A DNA stretch of 64,000 nt from Acidobacteriota bacterium (GTDB taxonomy: Bacteria; Acidobacteriota; Thermoanaerobaculia; Multivoradales; Multivoraceae), in NCBI GenBank assembly GCA_026707325.1, contig JAPOXA010000165.1:22481-86480 (forward strand). Reading direction: 5' to 3'. A model generated the notes under the pieces. That model was not told the DNA's origin. It saw only the letters and a list, made by a program, of their open reading frames with translations, and did no database searches. The translations under genes were made by a program, and so were the position numbers. Every line of letters starts with the position of its first letter. Position 1 is the first letter of the stretch. Shown in pieces: positions 60,723 through 64,000 of the stretch.

Positions 60723-61163
60723 TCAGGCGGCCGAATCCACAATCGAGACGAGGTACGCGCCGTCCGCGAGCTCGCCGAACTCAAGGCCGTCGAGCGTTGC
60801 CGCCAGATACGACGCCTCGCCCGACCCCACTTGGAGCGCGACGGTCTCGATGCCGAGATTGCAGAGCCACCCGGCAATGTGAGCACCGTCGATCTCGCCG
60901 TGCGCCTCGACTTCCGCCGTCACCAGGTCGTCGTCGAACACGATCGTCGCGATGCCATCCACCGCCACGTCGTCCCGGGTGGCGACCAGAACGCGGCGGG
61001 TCAATCCATCCGGCTGCTCGCGGTAGTCGTCCGTCTGATCCAGGGTCAGTTGATGCGAGACGATTCGGTCGCACTCGACGTAGGTCGGGGGCGCGTCCAG
61101 GTGCTCGCACAGCTCGAACAGGATCTGCTCGTCGCCGGGTTGAAGCTGGCGATAGAGCGTCAT
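60723..61163 (-). CDS. hypothetical protein
   Basis: ATG overlaps the tail-fibre stop (TCATGA). Confidence 0.45.
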   Translation of the reverse strand: MTLYRQLQPGDEQILFELCEHLDAPPTYVECDRIVSHQLTLDQTDDYREQPDGLTRRVLVATRDDVAVDGIATIVFDDDLVTAEVEAHGEIDGAHIAGWLCNLGIETVALQVGSGEASYLAATLDGLEFGELADGAYLVSIVDSAA

Positions 61164-64000
61164 GAGCTGCTGTAGAGCCGGAACGCGCTGTAAACGCCGG
61201 TGGACATGACCGCGTAGATCGTCTGCAACGGGCCGTTCCCGGTGAGCGCAGCGGAGACGAAATACCGTCGGTACGTTCCCCGCGCCACCGAAACCGGGGT
61301 CGGCGGGCCGCCCGCGAGCGGAGGCGACATCGCCCAGACGCCATTGGTGTAGGAGCCCCGAGTCGTGCCGGTGCCGAGGTTCGGTCGGCCCGCCCACATG
61401 TCGGCGTCGGTCGACGAGAAAAAGGCGCCCGTGGAGATCAGGCGCGCCCGATTCGCGCTGCTGCCATACGACTGGAACCATTGCTCGTCGCCGCTGGAGA
61501 TGTACGCGCCGGCCCCGCCACCGCCGACCCACGGCGCACTGGTCCATGCGCTGACGGTGCCCTCGCGTTCGGCCGCCGCCACGTTCGGATCGTTTCTGAC
61601 CGTCGGAACCACCTGTTGCCAGCTCGACCAGTCGCCCCAGCGGAACACGGGGGCCGCCCTCGCGGGCGTTCTCGCGGTCACGCGCACCCAGGACGAGCTC
61701 CCGCCGGCGTTGAACGCCTGGACCTCGATCTGATAGCTCGTGTCGACGGTCAGACCTCGGATCGTCGTGTCACGGCTCAGGCCGGATGATTGATGGGTTG
61801 TCCAGGCGCCGGTCGAACCCGCGCGATAACGGACGCGGTAGCCGGTGGGATCGCCGCCGGTGTTCGGGGCGGCGAACCTGACACGGAACTGTTGCGCGGC
61901 CGGAGTCGCTGTCAGAGAGCGGATCGGACCCGGCGCGTCCGGCGCGTCCGGCGCGGCCACGGTCGTCACGCTGTACGTCGGCGTTGCCGACTCCGATCCT
62001 CTGGTCACGACGCATCGATACGGAACGCTGTCGCTGTACCTGCTGGAACTCGTCACGGTCAGTTGCCGCCCGCTACCGAGGACGGCGGCCTGGCCGACGA
62101 TGTACCAGGCGTAGCTGAGTGAGCCGCTACCGCCGGTGTAGGTCACCGACAACACGACCGTGGCCGACCGCGGGACCGGATTCGCCGGCGAGGCCGTGAT
62201 CGAGGCGGAGAACGCGGCGGTCGGCGTAACGGTGATCGTCGCTGACCACGGCCCCAGGACATTGCCCGCAACCGCGCGGACCTGGAACTGCTGCGCGACA
62301 TCGTTCAGCAGGCCGGTGCGCGTCGCGGTCAGGACATTGCCGAGCGTGACCGTCAGCCATACCCGCGTCGGGCTGTCGCCTTGGCGGTAGCGGTAGTGGT
62401 AGGCGGTCGCTCCCGTCACGCGACCCCATGACAGCACGACGCGGGCGTTCCCCGGAATGCCCCGGACCGTGGGAGCGGCGAGGGTAACGGCCGCACCAGT
62501 GAGGGTGATCAGGACGCGGGCCGGAGCCGAGATGAATGTCTCGCCCGCCACCGTTTTCACCGATTCGACCGTGACCACCATGTTGCCGGGCACCGTGTGG
62601 TCCCAGCCGACGGGATTGGACACCTCGTCGCCCGAATCGACGTCCTCGAAGAACTGCGTGTAGCCGGTGCCGCCGACGATCTGGATGCCGACCCGGTAGC
62701 TGTCGGCGCCGTCGACGTCGTTCCAGGTCGGCGTGACCCGGATCGAGCGGACTCTTCCGGCGCCGAGGACCGGATACGGCGCCGAGTAGGTGCCGGTCGC
62801 CTTCAACCCGCCGGGCACGGCCAAGCTCAGGCCGTACCGACCCACGATCACCGGCGAGCTCCAGCCGGTCCAGCCGTTAGCTGGCAGGGACGACGGCGGC
62901 GTATCGCCCTTGTCCGGGGTTCCGGGCACCCGGCGCTCGCAGCGCACCAGCACCGGCAGATCCGGCGTCAGGTCCGGAGCTCCGTCCGTCCACGCGAGCC
63001 CATTGCGGATCTCGGGCGTGTCGAACGCCCAGTCGTCCTCAGGCACCTGGTTCGCGGCCACGGTCGCGGCCACCCGCGCAAAGACATACTCGCGGCCCTG
63101 AGCGCTTTCCCCGTCCTCGCCCTTGGCCCCGGGCACGCCGTCGCGGCCGTAGTGGCCGACGATGACCGGAGTGCTCCAGTTCGCCGCCACGGCATCGCCG
63201 GCACTCGGCGAACCGTCGAGCTCGCGCTCGGCGCGGAACAGGTTGCTCGCGTCGGCGGTGATTCCGGGCGAACCGTCATGCCAGGTCAGGCCGCCGACCG
63301 TGCCCTGCCGCTCGTAACCCCAGTCGTTGTCGGGGAGCTGATTCGAGGGGATCGAGGACGCGGACGACGCGGCGAATGCGTATTCGACCCCGATGCCGGC
63401 GGCTCCGGGCGCGCCGTCATCGCCCCTGGCCCCCGGGACGCCGGCATCGCCCTTGTCGCCTTTCGGGCCATAGCGACCGACGATGGTTGGCTCGTCCCAA
63501 TCGTCGGAAACGGCGGCGCCCTTGGTCGGGGAACCAACGATGTCGCGCTCGCAGCGGAACAGCACGGGATTGGCCAGCGTCACCGAGGGCGCACCGTCGT
63601 GCCACGCTTTGCCGTTGACCGTCGTCGGCTCGTCGAAGCCCCAAGTGTTCAGCGGACGCTGATTCGTCGGCAGCGAGTCGCCCGAATGGACGCAGAAGAT
63701 GTACTCGCGGCCGTGTGCGTCCTCCCCGTCCGCGCCCGGGACCCCGTCCTCGCCGAACCGGCCGACGACGACGGGCGCGTCCCAGTCGTCGGAAACGGCG
63801 GCGCCGACGGCAGGCACGCCTTCGATCTCGCGCTCGCATCTGAGCAGGATCGGTTTCGCCGCCGTCAGCGTCGGCGCGCCGTCTTGCCAGGCAACGCCGT
63901 TACGGGTCGCCGGCTGGTCGAACCCCCAGGTGTTGAGCGGCAACTGATTCTGGTTGACCGCGTTCCGATCATGGGCCGCGAAGATGTACTCGTAGCCGTG
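61160..64000 (-). CDS. tail fibre protein, 5'-partial (collagen-like triplets, repeated domain, FN3-like domains)
   Basis: GPKGDKGDAGVPGARGDDGAPGAAG; at least 5 repeats of ...NTWGFD.P...NG.AW.DGAP...; FN3-like PGPIRSLTATPAAQQFRVRF...; frame open to the window edge. Confidence 0.8.
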   Translation of the reverse strand, partial: HGYEYIFAAHDRNAVNQNQLPLNTWGFDQPATRNGVAWQDGAPTLTAAKPILLRCEREIEGVPAVGAAVSDDWDAPVVVGRFGEDGVPGADGEDAHGREYIFCVHSGDSLPTNQRPLNTWGFDEPTTVNGKAWHDGAPSVTLANPVLFRCERDIVGSPTKGAAVSDDWDEPTIVGRYGPKGDKGDAGVPGARGDDGAPGAAGIGVEYAFAASSASSIPSNQLPDNDWGYERQGTVGGLTWHDGSPGITADASNLFRAERELDGSPSAGDAVAANWSTPVIVGHYGRDGVPGAKGEDGESAQGREYVFARVAATVAANQVPEDDWAFDTPEIRNGLAWTDGAPDLTPDLPVLVRCERRVPGTPDKGDTPPSSLPANGWTGWSSPVIVGRYGLSLAVPGGLKATGTYSAPYPVLGAGRVRSIRVTPTWNDVDGADSYRVGIQIVGGTGYTQFFEDVDSGDEVSNPVGWDHTVPGNMVVTVESVKTVAGETFISAPARVLITLTGAAVTLAAPTVRGIPGNARVVLSWGRVTGATAYHYRYRQGDSPTRVWLTVTLGNVLTATRTGLLNDVAQQFQVRAVAGNVLGPWSATITVTPTAAFSASITASPANPVPRSATVVLSVTYTGGSGSLSYAWYIVGQAAVLGSGRQLTVTSSSRYSDSVPYRCVVTRGSESATPTYSVTTVAAPDAPDAPGPIRSLTATPAAQQFRVRFAAPNTGGDPTGYRVRYRAGSTGAWTTHQSSGLSRDTTIRGLTVDTSYQIEVQAFNAGGSSSWVRVTARTPARAAPVFRWGDWSSWQQVVPTVRNDPNVAAAEREGTVSAWTSAPWVGGGGAGAYISSGDEQWFQSYGSSANRARLISTGAFFSSTDADMWAGRPNLGTGTTRGSYTNGVWAMSPPLAGGPPTPVSVARGTYRRYFVSAALTGNGPLQTIYAVMSTGVYSAFRLYSSS

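Noticed and set aside
1-64000. Retron or diversity-generating retroelement, suggested by the long hairpins and the repetitive tail fibre
   Set aside because: No reverse transcriptase ORF (no YxDD-type motif) was found in any frame.

Overview
GC-rich (by eye above 60 percent, not computed) segment of a tailed phage or prophage. Almost all genes run on the minus strand, often with overlapping stop and start codons. Reading right to left on the minus strand: (a) a partial collagen/FN3-type tail-fibre gene. (b) A Dam-type methylase, a secreted Zn-metalloprotease and small genes, punctuated by three 1245-bp TnpB-only IS elements. (c) A replication/recombination block: two ParB-N-domain proteins, a Gp37/Gp68 (DUF5131) protein with a LAGLIDADG intein, an ERF annealase, a YqaJ exonuclease and an SF2 helicase with two inteins. 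(d) About 17 kb (33.6 to 16.7 kb) of 40-130 codon ORFs, most preceded by a copy of one conserved promoter-leader module. (e) Two non-coding tandem arrays at 17.7-18.3 kb. (f) PAPS-reductase-like, primase, SSB and RusA genes. The most notable observations are: (1) about 20 copies of a promoter + CGTTGAAC leader box + hairpin + GGAGAAACGCAATG module, with associated upstream direct repeats and post-stop GGGAAAG boxes. (2) 13/21-bp and 44-bp tandem arrays; the 44-bp unit carries the GGGAAAG box. (3) TnpB elements with terminal inverted repeats sitting exactly at gene starts, plus two reused remnants. (4) An HNH gene overprinted in another frame inside a helicase intein. (5) A roughly 500-nt ORF-free region of almost perfectly base-paired helices at 3.6-4.1 kb. 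(6) Two +1 frame breaks at AU-U-RA-C inside conserved N-termini. Family names come from motif recognition by eye, not from searches, and many small ORFs have no recognisable function.
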